Below, one piece after another: positions 35,698 to 45,256 of a stretch of DNA of 49,502 nt. Source of the DNA: Armatimonadota bacterium (GTDB taxonomy: Bacteria > Armatimonadota > SYMT01). The stretch lies in assembly GCA_046292385.1 (NCBI GenBank), contig JBKBRF010000050.1, positions 1 to 49,502 of the forward strand. Reading direction: 5' to 3'. The first letter of the stretch is position 1; each line of letters starts with the position of its first letter. Under the pieces are notes generated by a model. It was not told the DNA's origin. It searched no databases and worked only from the letters and a program-made list of their open reading frames with translations. The position numbers were made by a program, and so were the translations under genes.

Positions 35698-36870
35698 ATG
35701 AAGATCGTCGAGATGCAGCTCATCCCGGTGGCGTTCCCGGACCCGCCGCTGCGGAACTCCACGGGGCTCCACGAGCCGTTCGCGCTCCGGACGCTGGTAC
35801 GGCTGCGGACCGACGACGGCTTCACCGGCTGGGGAGAGACGTACGGGGGCACGGCGGCGCTGGAGGGGCTGGAGGCGGTGCGGGCGGAGGTGCTCGGGGC
35901 GGACCCGTTCGCGCTGGAGGCGCTGCGGCTGCGCGTGACCGATCCGCGCGCCTACGCGCCGCTGGAGGTGGCGTGCCTGGACCTCGCGGGCCAGGCGCTG
36001 GGGCAGCCGGTCTACAACCTGCTCGGGGGGAAGGTCCGCGATCCGATCGAGTTCGCCGCGTACCTCTTCTACCATCACGACTGCCCCGCTTACGGGGAGT
36101 GCATGACGCCGGAGGGGATCCTGGCGCAGGCGCGGCGGCTGGTGGCGGAGCACGGCTTCCGCGCGCTGAAGCTGAAGGGCGGCGTGCTGCCGCCGGACCA
36201 GGAGATCGAGACGATCCGCCTGCTGCGGGCGGAGCTCGGCCCCGACTTCCGCCTCCGCCTCGACCCGAACGCGATCTGGAGCGTGGAGACCTCCATCCGG
36301 GTCGGCCGGAAGCTGGAGGGCGACCTGGAGTACCTGGAGGACCCCACGCTGGGCCTGGACGGGATGGCGGAGGTGAACCGGCACGTGGCGGTGCCGCTCT
36401 CCACCAACATGTGCCTCACCGCTTTCGAGCACTTCCCGAAGGGGATCGCGCTCCGGTCGATCGACGTCGTCCTCTCCGACCACCACTTCTGGGGCGGCCT
36501 GCGCGCCACCCAGGAGATGGGACGCATCTGCCACACCTGGGGCCTCGGCGTCTCGATGCACAGCAACAGCCACCTGGGGATCAGCCTCGCCGCCATGCTC
36601 CACGCCGCCGCGGCGACCCCGCACCTCACCTACGCGTGCGACACCCACTACGTCTGGCTGGACGAGGACCTCCTGGAAGACGGCAAGCGCCCGTTCCAGG
36701 ACGGCTGGATGACCGTCCCCGAAGGCCCCGGGCTCGGCATCCGGGTGGACGAAGACCAGGTGTCGCGCATGGCCGAGGACTACGTGAAATGCGGCCTCAC
36801 CCGACGCGACGACGTCGGCTACATGCGCCGCTTCGACCCCGCCTGGGAGCCGCTTTGCCCGCGGTTCTGA
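35698..36870 (+). CDS. glucarate dehydratase-related enolase-superfamily protein
   Basis: GLHEPFALR, GWGETYGG, KLKGG, LDPN, YLEDP, STNM, DHHFWGG, SMHSNSH, DTHY; GAGGAG SD. Confidence 0.9.
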   Translation: MKIVEMQLIPVAFPDPPLRNSTGLHEPFALRTLVRLRTDDGFTGWGETYGGTAALEGLEAVRAEVLGADPFALEALRLRVTDPRAYAPLEVACLDLAGQALGQPVYNLLGGKVRDPIEFAAYLFYHHDCPAYGECMTPEGILAQARRLVAEHGFRALKLKGGVLPPDQEIETIRLLRAELGPDFRLRLDPNAIWSVETSIRVGRKLEGDLEYLEDPTLGLDGMAEVNRHVAVPLSTNMCLTAFEHFPKGIALRSIDVVLSDHHFWGGLRATQEMGRICHTWGLGVSMHSNSHLGISLAAMLHAAAATPHLTYACDTHYVWLDEDLLEDGKRPFQDGWMTVPEGPGLGIRVDEDQVSRMAEDYVKCGLTRRDDVGYMRRFDPAWEPLCPRF

Positions 36871-36900
36871 GGGATGAGGGATGAGGGATGAGGGATGAAA
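36870..36900 (+). repeat. tandem heptamer (AGGGATG)4
   Basis: Directly after the stop codon; same unit at 39652-39680. Confidence 0.8.
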
Positions 36901-37055
36901 CTCCGAACCCGTGTCCCGTGAGGCTGTGTGCGCTGGCGAGTGGCTGCTCCGGACCTGAGTAGGATTACGAGTAGGAGCTGAATTCGGGAGGCTGTGATCC
37001 CCCCATCCCCAATTCCATCCCCACATCTCCTGATAAGCTCGGGTTTCCTGAGGCT

Positions 37056-39620
37056 TCAGAGCAGATCGACGGGCTCTACGTCGATTACCACGCCGCCTAC
37101 CTGGCGCTGGACTTCGGGGCAGGCGGCGTCCAGGACGGCGGCGACCTGGGCGCGGGTGCGGCCTTTGAGGAGCAGGTGCCAGCGGTAGCGCTCCTTCAGG
37201 CGGGTGAGCGGGCACGGGGCGGGGCCGAGGAGGCGGACCTGGTGGCGGCGGGCGGCGGGGGCGAGCAGCTCCGCGACCGAGTCGACGCGGCTCTTCGCGA
37301 CGGCATCGTCCACGTGCGTGATCAGGAAGCGCGCGAGGGAGCCGAACGGCGGATAGCCCAGCTCTTCGCGGCTGCGGATCTCCTGGGCGTAGAAGCCGCG
37401 GTAGTCGTGCCGGGAGGCCGCGACCACGCTCGGGTGCTCCGGGTTGAACGTCTGGATCACCACCTCGCCCGGCCGCTCGCCTCGTCCGGCGCGGCCGCTG
37501 ACCTGGGTGAGAAGCTGAAAGGCGCGCTCGCCGGCGCGGAAGTCGGGGACGTTGAGCGCCACGTCGGCGGTCACCACCCCCACCAGCGTCACCGCCGGGA
37601 AGTCGAAGCCCTTGGTCACCATCTGCGTGCCGATCAGGATGTCGATCTCCCGGTCGCGCATGCCCCGGACGATGCGGGTGTGCGCGTCGCGGACGCTGGT
37701 GGTGTCTTTGTCGAGCCGTGCCACCCGCGCCGCGGGGAAGAGCTGCCTTACGCTCTCCTCCACCCGCTGCGTGCCGAGGCCGAACTGCTTCACGCGCGCC
37801 CCCAGGCAGCGCTCGCAGGTGGTGGGGGCGGCGCGGGTGTAGTCGCAATGGTGGCAGAGCAAGCGGCTGGCGTCCCGCCGGTGGAGGGTGAGACTGACGT
37901 CGCAGTTCGGGCAGCGCGGCACGTGCCCGCAGTCGCGGCAGAGGAGAAAGGCGCTGTAGCCGCGGCGGTTCAGGAACAGGATCACCTGTTCGCCGGCGGA
38001 GAGCCGCCGCCGCATCTCCTCCAGCAGCCGGGGACTGAAGACGCCCGCCTGCGGGCCGCGGGCTTCCGCGCGGAGATCGACGATCTCGACCGACGGCAGC
38101 GGACGGCTGTGGACCCGCTGCGGCAGCTCCAGCAGCCGCGTGCGGCCGGTCAGCGCGGCGTGGAACGTCTCCACGCTCGGCGTGGCGCTGCCGAGCACCA
38201 CGCAGCCGCCGGAGAGGCGGGCACGCTCTCCGGCCACCTCGCGCGAGTGGTAGCGCGGCAAGCTGCCCTGCTTGTAGCTGCCGTCGTGCTCTTCGTCGAG
38301 GATGATCAGCGCGGGGCTTCGCATCGGGGCGAAGAGGGCGCTGCGAGGGCCGACCACGACGTCCGCCTCGCCGCGCCGCAGCCGCTCCCACTCGTCGAAG
38401 CGCTCGCCGTCCGAGAGCGCGCTGTGGAGGATCGCCACGCGCTCCCCCAGCCGCCGCCGCACGGCGGCGGCAACCTGCGCCGTGAGGGAGATCTCCGGCA
38501 CCAGCAGGGCAGCGGTGCGGCCCGCCGCGCGGGCCCGCTCGATCGCGTGGAGGTAGACCTCGGTCTTGCCGCTGCCGGTCACCCCGAAGAGCAGCAGCGA
38601 CTCCCCCTCGCCGCGGGAGATGGCGCCGCCGATCGCCTCCTCCGCTTCCCGCTGCGCGGTGTTCAGGTGCGGGGCCTCGTCGCGCTCCGTGTCGTAACCC
38701 GCGGGGCGGCGGCGGACCCGGACCTCGGTCGTCTCCAGCAGCCCCCAGCGGACGAGTCCCTGGAGCACCGACTCGCTGACTCCCAGCTCCTGCGCCAGCC
38801 GCCGGCGGCCTTCCGGCGAGTCGCCGCGCTCCGCCAGGTACTGCAGCACGCGCCGCCGCTGCTCCGTGAGGATGAACCCCTCGCGCGCCACCTCCAGCGC
38901 GAAGCTGCTCTCCGCATCGGCGTCGCCGGTCTCCGCTTCCTCCGGGGCGGCCTCGCTCGTCAGCTTCTCGGTCACCGCGGCGGAGAGGCGCACGCCCTTG
39001 AGGGTCCGCGCCTGCACGCGAGGCGGCAGGAGGACCCGCTCCTCGCGGATCCAGCCTTCCTTCTTCGCCCGCTGGAGCGCCTGCACCAGGTTCGGCGCGG
39101 GGAGCGCTGCCACCAGCTCCGCCTTCGGCATCCGGCCGCCCGCTTCCGAAAGGATCCGGTGGATCGCCTCCAGCGTCTGCCGCGTCAGCAGCCCGAGGCG
39201 CGGCGGCAAGCCGCCGTCCCACTCCCCCAGGCTCAGGACCGACTGCAGCTCCACCCCGTGCCGCTCCGGAACCGCCAGGGAGAGGACGTCCGCCAGCGTG
39301 CAGCGGTACTCCCGCGCCAGCCACCGGAGCAGCTCCAGCATGGCGCCGTCGAAGGCGGAGTCGGGGCGGGGAACGGAGAGGATCGGCCGCAGCTTGCGGG
39401 TTTCCGGCTCATCCGGCAGCGGGCCGACGTAGAGCACGTAGCCGAGGTGCTCCCGGCCGCCGAGCGGGACGAGCACCGGCGCGCCGACGAGCACCGCCAC
39501 CCGCAGCTCGTCCGGCACCAGGTAGGTGAGCGATTCCGGGAGCCCGGCCGGGGAAGGGAGCAGCACCACCTGCGCCACGAGCGATCCGGCGGCGGGAAGG
39601 TCGAGCCTCTGCTGCTCCAT
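37056..39620 (-). CDS. priA: primosomal protein N' (PriA helicase)
   Basis: LTY, GVTGSGKTEVY, LVPEISLT, DEEHD, GSATPS, LNRRG, four CxxC pairs, GTQMVTKG, QVSGRAGR. Confidence 0.97.
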   Translation of the reverse strand: MEQQRLDLPAAGSLVAQVVLLPSPAGLPESLTYLVPDELRVAVLVGAPVLVPLGGREHLGYVLYVGPLPDEPETRKLRPILSVPRPDSAFDGAMLELLRWLAREYRCTLADVLSLAVPERHGVELQSVLSLGEWDGGLPPRLGLLTRQTLEAIHRILSEAGGRMPKAELVAALPAPNLVQALQRAKKEGWIREERVLLPPRVQARTLKGVRLSAAVTEKLTSEAAPEEAETGDADAESSFALEVAREGFILTEQRRRVLQYLAERGDSPEGRRRLAQELGVSESVLQGLVRWGLLETTEVRVRRRPAGYDTERDEAPHLNTAQREAEEAIGGAISRGEGESLLLFGVTGSGKTEVYLHAIERARAAGRTAALLVPEISLTAQVAAAVRRRLGERVAILHSALSDGERFDEWERLRRGEADVVVGPRSALFAPMRSPALIILDEEHDGSYKQGSLPRYHSREVAGERARLSGGCVVLGSATPSVETFHAALTGRTRLLELPQRVHSRPLPSVEIVDLRAEARGPQAGVFSPRLLEEMRRRLSAGEQVILFLNRRGYSAFLLCRDCGHVPRCPNCDVSLTLHRRDASRLLCHHCDYTRAAPTTCERCLGARVKQFGLGTQRVEESVRQLFPAARVARLDKDTTSVRDAHTRIVRGMRDREIDILIGTQMVTKGFDFPAVTLVGVVTADVALNVPDFRAGERAFQLLTQVSGRAGRGERPGEVVIQTFNPEHPSVVAASRHDYRGFYAQEIRSREELGYPPFGSLARFLITHVDDAVAKSRVDSVAELLAPAARRHQVRLLGPAPCPLTRLKERYRWHLLLKGRTRAQVAAVLDAACPEVQRQVGGVVIDVEPVDLL

Positions 39621-39683
39621 TTATGGACTGAGTGGGAGAAAGGGGCGCTAGAGGGATGAGCGCAGAGGGATGAGGGATGAAAG

Positions 39684-39767
39684 CCGAACCCTCCGTGGAC
39701 GGGAGTTCCTGCTCCTGCTCCTACTCTTGCTCCTGCTCGCTGGCGACCCGGGACCTCCGGCATGTCC
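39684..39767 (+). repeat. dispersed repeat family A, copy 3
   Basis: CCGAACCCT...CCTGCTCCTGCTCCTACTCTTGCTCCTGCTCGCTGGCGACCC...CCGGCATGTCC. Confidence 0.75.
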
Positions 39768-39806
39768 CCGCCAACTCTAGCCGCGCGGGTACTTTCCAGT
39801 CCGGAT

Positions 39807-39828
39807 GCCGGGCCCCGAAGGGCCCGGC
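39807..39828 (-). terminator. stable UUCG hairpin downstream of metK
   Basis: GCCGGGCCC-TTCG-GGGCCCGGC on the minus strand; no U-tract on that strand. Confidence 0.45.
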
Positions 39829-39868
39829 CGTTTCTCTCGGAAGCCTCACAGGCTCCCCGCGGTTAGGC

Positions 39869-41008
39869 TTAGGCGGAGTTGCGCAGCGTCTCCGCCATGT
39901 CGGTCTGCTCCCAGCTCACGTCGAGATCGGTGCGGCCGAAGTGCCCGTATGCCGCGGTGGCGCGGTAGATCGGGCGGCGGAGCTCCAGGTGGTTGATGAT
40001 ACCGGCCGGGGTGAGATCGAAGTACTTGTTGACCAGCTCTTCCAGGCGGCTGTCCGGCACCTGGCCGGTGCCGAAGGTATCGACCATCACGGAAAGCGGC
40101 TCGCGCTTGCCGATGGCGTAGGCCACCTGCAGCTCGCACTTGTCCGCCAGGCCCGCCGCCACGATGTTCTTGGCGACGTAGCGCATCATGTAGGCCGCGG
40201 AGCGGTCCACCTTGGTCGGGTCCTTGCCGGAGAAGGCGCCGCCGCCGTGGCGGGCGTAGCCGCCGTAGGTGTCGACGATGATCTTGCGCCCGGTCAGGCC
40301 GGTGTCGCCCATCGGCCCGCCGATCACGAAGCTGCCGGTCGGGTTGACGAAGTACTGGGTGGCGTCGTCGACCATCTCCCGCGGGAGGATCGGGGCGACC
40401 ACCTTTTCGATCACGTCTTCGAAGATCGTCTTCTGCGGGATGCTCGGCTGGTGCTGCGTGGAGACGAGCACCTTGTCGATGCGGACCGCCCGGCCGTCCT
40501 CGTACTGCACGGTGACCTGGGTCTTGCCGTCCGGGCGGAGGTACGGGATCTGGCCGCTCTTGCGGACTGCGGAGAGCTGCCGGGCGAGCTTGTGCGCCTG
40601 CATGATCGGCATCGGCATCAGCTCCGGCGTCTCGTTGCAGGCGTAGCCGAACATCATGCCCTGGTCGCCGGCGCCGCCGGTGTCCACCCCCATCGCGATG
40701 TCGGGAGACTGCTTCTGGATGGCGGTGAGCACGCCGCAGGTGGCGCAGTCGAAGCCGAACTTGGCCCGCGTGTAGCCCACGTCTTCCAGGGTGCGGCGGA
40801 CGAGCTCCGGAATCTCGACGTAGCCGGAAGTGGTGATCTCGCCGGCCACCACCACGGTGCCGGTGGTCAGGAAGGTCTCGCACGCTACACGGGAGTGCGG
40901 GTCCTGGTCCAGCAGCGCGTCGAGCACCGCATCGGAGATCTGGTCGGCCAGCTTGTCGGGATGGCCCTCGGTAACGGACTCAGAGGAGAAGTAGAAAGAA
41001 CGACCCAT
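39869..41008 (-). CDS. metK: S-adenosylmethionine synthetase
   Basis: [43 protein letters not shown]. Confidence 0.98.
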   Translation of the reverse strand: MGRSFYFSSESVTEGHPDKLADQISDAVLDALLDQDPHSRVACETFLTTGTVVVAGEITTSGYVEIPELVRRTLEDVGYTRAKFGFDCATCGVLTAIQKQSPDIAMGVDTGGAGDQGMMFGYACNETPELMPMPIMQAHKLARQLSAVRKSGQIPYLRPDGKTQVTVQYEDGRAVRIDKVLVSTQHQPSIPQKTIFEDVIEKVVAPILPREMVDDATQYFVNPTGSFVIGGPMGDTGLTGRKIIVDTYGGYARHGGGAFSGKDPTKVDRSAAYMMRYVAKNIVAAGLADKCELQVAYAIGKREPLSVMVDTFGTGQVPDSRLEELVNKYFDLTPAGIINHLELRRPIYRATAAYGHFGRTDLDVSWEQTDMAETLRNSA

Positions 41009-41203
41009 ACGTGATAACCCCCCCACGCCTCGCGTGGTTAGCGCCCTGACACGGTAGGTTCCCAGTGGTGAAGTGCATCCGCCCCGGGGGACGCCGCAGC
41101 CGGCGGCAAGAGGGGGATCGTGTGCTTCGTGGGGCCTACAACTCGCTGCTTGGGCCGGACCCTTCAAGGCGCCCAGGCGAAGGGCGACCCGTGTAGCAGC
41201 ACC
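41009..41203 (-). promoter_or_regulatory. structured ~195-nt metK 5' leader (candidate cis-regulatory RNA)
   Basis: GATAAT -10-like box at about 41211-41206; several stems; terminal hairpin encloses the G-rich SD. Confidence 0.45.
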
Positions 41204-41206
41204 TTA

Positions 41207-42418
41207 TTATCTCGCCTCGTCCCCCTCTTGCCCCGCCGGCTCAGGCGAATTGCCTGACTCGGCGGTCACTTCCACCGCTTCCAGCACCCCATCGGACCGG
41301 TAGAGCGCCACCGTTCCACCGTCCAGAGCCGCGGCGGCGATCAGCACGTCGCCCTGCAGCGCGTAGGGCCACCGGCGCTGTCCGTCGCGACCGAAGAGCC
41401 GCAGCGCGCCGCCGCCGCTCGGATCCGGGTCGAGCGCGACCACCCACTCGCCGCCCGGGCCGACACAGATGCCGATCGGCGACTGGAACGGCCCGCCCTT
41501 CACCCACCCCTCTCCCGGGCCGGAGTAGTAGGCCAGCCGCCTCGCCACGCCGGTGACGTCCCGCTCGTCCTCCGGGTGCTCGTAGGAGACCGCCGCCGCG
41601 GCCTCGTCGGCGCTCAGGCGCACCCAAGGGTCGTGCCCGGGCGGCAGGTTGAGGCGCCACCGGCGACTCCGCGCGCTCGTGAGCAGTTCCAGAAAGAGCT
41701 GGCCGTTGGTCCGCTCGCTCACTACCGCCACCGTGCGCCCGTCGCGAGAGGCATCGATCGAGTAGCGGCGGACTCCCGGCTCCTCCATCGACCAGAGCTC
41801 CCGGCCGGTGCTCTTGATCCGTCGCACCGCCATCGGACTGCGGGTCACCACGTAGAGGCTGTCGTCTTGCCCGAAGCGGAGCTGCGCCGGGTCTCCCTTC
41901 GGGTCGAGCACCTTCACCTTCACCCGCCCGTCCGGACCGCGGCCGCAGAAGAGCACGCTGCTCCCCGCGATGATGGCGGCGAACCGCCCGTCCGGGGAGA
42001 CGATGGCACTCCGCACCGGCTCCGTCGGCTCCAGCGTGTGGAAGTGCAGCCCGTAGCCGGTGAGGAAGTGAACCTGCCGGCGGCGGGGATCCCGCTCCGT
42101 GTAGGCCACCACCATGCTCCCCTCGGGGCCCGCGGCGAGACTGTCGACCCCCTTCAGCTGCCGCTCCCACACCACCTCGCCGGCACGGTCGTGAGCGAGG
42201 ATCCGCCCGCCCTTCACCACGGCCAGCACCCGCGCGCCGTCCGGCGTTACCGTCACCCCCACCACGTCGGCGAGGGGCCGGCTCCAGGCCTGCGCCAGCG
42301 GCTGGCGCGGCTCCGGCGCGGTCACCGGCGGCTCCGGCTGCTGCCCGCCCGCCGTCCCGAGCAGCAGCGCCGCAGAGACCAGGGCCAGTATTCCGATCGT
42401 GGGGAGTCTGTTTCGCAC
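41207..42418 (-). CDS. exported beta-propeller (PQQ/WD40-like) protein
   Basis: Signal peptide; TPDG, SPDG, SRDG repeats with G..W blade motifs. Confidence 0.75.
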   Translation of the reverse strand: MRNRLPTIGILALVSAALLLGTAGGQQPEPPVTAPEPRQPLAQAWSRPLADVVGVTVTPDGARVLAVVKGGRILAHDRAGEVVWERQLKGVDSLAAGPEGSMVVAYTERDPRRRQVHFLTGYGLHFHTLEPTEPVRSAIVSPDGRFAAIIAGSSVLFCGRGPDGRVKVKVLDPKGDPAQLRFGQDDSLYVVTRSPMAVRRIKSTGRELWSMEEPGVRRYSIDASRDGRTVAVVSERTNGQLFLELLTSARSRRWRLNLPPGHDPWVRLSADEAAAAVSYEHPEDERDVTGVARRLAYYSGPGEGWVKGGPFQSPIGICVGPGGEWVVALDPDPSGGGALRLFGRDGQRRWPYALQGDVLIAAAALDGGTVALYRSDGVLEAVEVTAESGNSPEPAGQEGDEAR

Positions 42419-42471
42419 TGGTCTACTCTTGCGGGGTACAGCTACTTCTCACGGCTTGGAATGGAGATCGC

Positions 42472-42558
42472 GGTTAACAGGCTTGCAGGTTACAGGTTGT
42501 TCCGAGCCCCGCCTATCGGGAAGCTAACCTGTAACCTGCGAACTTGCCAACCTGCAAC
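42472..42558. repeat. CAGGTT/AACCTG inverted-repeat element, copy 2
   Basis: Same architecture as 27752-27840; just downstream of pdxT. Confidence 0.78.
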
Positions 42559-42571
42559 GACGCGCTTCCGT

Positions 42572-43165
42572 TCACCGCCCCGGCTCGCGGACCATCCTCA
42601 CGAAGAGGGAGTGGATCTGCGTGTCCTCGGTCAGCTCCGGGTGGAACGTCGCGCCGAGCATCCGCCCCTGCCGCACCAGCACCGGGCCGGCTTCCGTCCG
42701 GGCCAGCACCTCCACCCCCGTTCCCGCGCGCGTAATCTGCGGCGCGCGAATGAAGACCGCGTGCATCGCTCCCGTCTCCAGCGCGGGCGCCTCCACGTCG
42801 GCCTCGAAGCTGTCGACCTGCCGGCCGTAGGCGTTGCGCCGGACCGCGATGTCCATCGTCCCGATCCGCGGCTGCGTGCTGCCCTCGATCTCATTTGCCA
42901 GGAGGATGACGCCCGTGCAGGTCCCGAAGACCGGCAGCCCGTCCTGGATGCGGCGGCGGAGCGGCTCCATCAGGTCGAAGCGCTCCAGCAGCATCCCCAC
43001 GGTGGTGCTCTCCCCGCCCGGGATCACGAGCCCGTCCACCTGCTCCAGCGCCGCCCGGGTCTTCACCGGCACCGCCCGCGCCCCCGCCGCCTGGAGGGAG
43101 CGCACGTGCTCCGGCACGTCGCCCTGGATCGCCAGCACTCCGATCGTCGGCTCCTGATCCGCCAT
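42572..43165 (-). CDS. pdxT: PLP synthase glutaminase subunit
   Basis: GVLAIQG, IPGGESTT, FGTCTG, RNAYGRQVDSFE, FIRAP, FHPE. Confidence 0.97.
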   Translation of the reverse strand: MADQEPTIGVLAIQGDVPEHVRSLQAAGARAVPVKTRAALEQVDGLVIPGGESTTVGMLLERFDLMEPLRRRIQDGLPVFGTCTGVILLANEIEGSTQPRIGTMDIAVRRNAYGRQVDSFEADVEAPALETGAMHAVFIRAPQITRAGTGVEVLARTEAGPVLVRQGRMLGATFHPELTEDTQIHSLFVRMVREPGR

Positions 43166-43185
43166 CGAGACTCCTGACACACAAG

Positions 43186-43210
43186 CGGGCAGCCTCCGCG
43201 GAAGCTGCCC
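43186..43210. repeat. 25-bp hairpin direct repeat, copy 1
   Basis: CGGGCAGCCTCCGCGGAAGCTGCCC; 23/25 identical to 45204-45228. Confidence 0.8.
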
Positions 43211-43280
43211 TGCGCCTCACATCACCGATCCATGCTATCTGAAACGGGACGTGACGTATACCTCCGGCTCGGGAGTGGGG

Positions 43281-45038
43281 TTACCGCCGCTGGGGGCGAT
43301 ACTGCACGTCCGGCGCAATCGAAGCCGACACGGGAGATATCTGCAGCTGGACCCCTCCGGCTCCGGGGTACTCCGAGTAGAGACGCGGGGTCTCGTCGAA
43401 CCCGAGGCCGGTGGCGCTGACGACGACGCGCGTTCGTTTCCGCGGAAACTCGCCGAACGCCCGCTGATGGGCCTGGAGCTGGGCGGTAAACTGCGCCCGC
43501 TGAGGATCGGAGAGAATCCCTTCCGCCCCGATCAGCTCCCGCAGCGCCGACGCGCGCTGGTCGATGCCGCAGGCCAGATCCGCGGCATCGGAGGCGCCGC
43601 AGAGCCGCTCCGAGAGCCGCAGCCGCAGCAGGCAGAGCTCGAGGGCGGTCGCCGGCTCTTGCTGTCCGGCCTGCAGATGGCGCAGGAAGTCGAAGAGATC
43701 CTCGTAGCCGGGCCAGGCCCGCTCCGTCAGCTCGCGAAGTCGCACGTCGAGACTCAGGAAGGGACGGAGCGGCGAGGGCGCCGCCACGAGACAGGAGCGG
43801 GAGAGCCGCGGGAGGAGTACCGCGGCCCGCAGCTCCGAGAGCGCCTCGGCCGGACGATCTTCCACCAGGTGCATCCGGGCACGCTCCAGGGGGATCGCGG
43901 CGTTGCGCCGGTCCAGCCGTTCCGCCTCCTCCAGCAGCGCGGCCGCGCCGTCCGAATCGAACGCTGCCCGGGGGAAGTAGAGCCGAAGCGGGAGGTTGCG
44001 GGGAACCGACTTCTTCGCCTTACCCAGCTCGTAGGCGCGGAGGTAAAGCTGCCAGCCAGCGGTGGCCGGAGTCTTCTTCAGGTCCGGCTCCTTCAACCGC
44101 CGTGCTTCCTCGAAAAGACCCTTCACGACCGGCGAGGGCGTCTGCCGCGGCCGCAGCCGCGGCTCCTCGCCCGGTCTCGGCACGCGCACGTGCAGTGCAT
44201 CGCTCGAGTAGCTCCCTATCGGATCGGGCTTTTCCGCTGCCTGGCAGAGCAGGCCCGTGAGATCCGCGACCCCCGCCAGCGCGACCGGGTCCGCCGCGCG
44301 GCGCTCCACCACCTCCGAGCACCGCGCCAGCAGCGTGTCCGGGGTGAGCTCCCCGAGCTTTTCAAAGCCCTTCCCGAGCTGCTCCAGCTCTTTCGCCAGC
44401 TCGGACTCGGGCTCCCACGACTTCACCAATTCGGTCGTCTGGCGCAGCTCATCCTTCCAGAGCAGCGGCAGGAAGTAGGCCCAGAGCTCCGTGAGCTCCA
44501 GCTCCGCCCCGGCGGCGCTTTGCGAGCGCGCATCTTTCAAGGAGGCCAGAGCAGCATGCAGCGCCTGCCCGACCTCCCCGATCCAGGGACGGCAGCGATC
44601 GCCCCCCTCGCGTGCGGCGCGCCGGAAGGCCTCCACCTGTTCGTTCCTGCTGTGGTCGATGATCCCCTGGAGCTTGTCGGGGTTCAGCCGCATCATCTCT
44701 CGCTGCTCGGGAGTGAACTGCGAGACCATGTGAAACCCGAGGCCGAGCCATCGCTCCAGCATGCTGTCGCGCAGGGCCGCCTGCAGCCGCGTGTGGGTGA
44801 CAAGCGCCCGGCAAAGCTGTGCCTGCGCATACCGGAGCCGGAGCTGCGGGTCTTCCGGGAAGGCGCGAACCGCTCGCTCCGCCGCTCCCAGCGCTTCGGT
44901 GAGGCGACGGCTCTCCAGGTCGCGGCGGATGCTCCGGGCGCGCTCCGGCGCCGTATCCGACGACTGGCCGGCGCCGGCGGCGGGGAGCAGGCGCACCAGA
45001 AGCAGCGAGAGCGTGAGAAGGAGGAACGTAGAGCGCAT
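43281..45038 (-). CDS. hypothetical exported alpha-helical (TPR-like) protein
   Basis: Signal peptide; EALGAAERAVRAFPEDPQLRLRYA and LEEAERLDRRNA TPR-like patterns. Confidence 0.7.
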   Translation of the reverse strand: MRSTFLLLTLSLLLVRLLPAAGAGQSSDTAPERARSIRRDLESRRLTEALGAAERAVRAFPEDPQLRLRYAQAQLCRALVTHTRLQAALRDSMLERWLGLGFHMVSQFTPEQREMMRLNPDKLQGIIDHSRNEQVEAFRRAAREGGDRCRPWIGEVGQALHAALASLKDARSQSAAGAELELTELWAYFLPLLWKDELRQTTELVKSWEPESELAKELEQLGKGFEKLGELTPDTLLARCSEVVERRAADPVALAGVADLTGLLCQAAEKPDPIGSYSSDALHVRVPRPGEEPRLRPRQTPSPVVKGLFEEARRLKEPDLKKTPATAGWQLYLRAYELGKAKKSVPRNLPLRLYFPRAAFDSDGAAALLEEAERLDRRNAAIPLERARMHLVEDRPAEALSELRAAVLLPRLSRSCLVAAPSPLRPFLSLDVRLRELTERAWPGYEDLFDFLRHLQAGQQEPATALELCLLRLRLSERLCGASDAADLACGIDQRASALRELIGAEGILSDPQRAQFTAQLQAHQRAFGEFPRKRTRVVVSATGLGFDETPRLYSEYPGAGGVQLQISPVSASIAPDVQYRPQRR

Positions 45039-45203
45039 GACTGGCACCGCGGCCGGCGCTCGGCGCCGCGCTGCAGGATCACGGCGTCCGAGTGGACGGG
45101 GCGCTGCTCCAGAGACAGCTCCCGATCCGGTTGGCCTCCAATGGTTGGGAGGTCCCGCGCTCGCCGGAGTTTCAGGGTTTGTGGGCTGATCCGGAAAGTG
45201 AGA

Positions 45204-45228
45204 CGGGCAGCCTCCGAAGAAGCTGCCC
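45204..45228. repeat. 25-bp hairpin direct repeat, copy 2
   Basis: CGGGCAGCCTCCGAAGAAGCTGCCC. Confidence 0.8.
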
Positions 45229-45256
45229 GTTCACTTGAACTGAGTGGGAGACCGGT

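Noticed and set aside
39770..39850. RNase P or SRP RNA (GGAAAGTACC on the minus strand)
   Set aside because: The space is too short and the remaining conserved elements are absent.
41009..41203. Canonical SAM-I riboswitch
   Set aside because: GAAGGGTCCGGCCC resembles P2 only loosely; the AUCxAGAG, GCAACC and GUGC..AxUCC core elements are missing in order.
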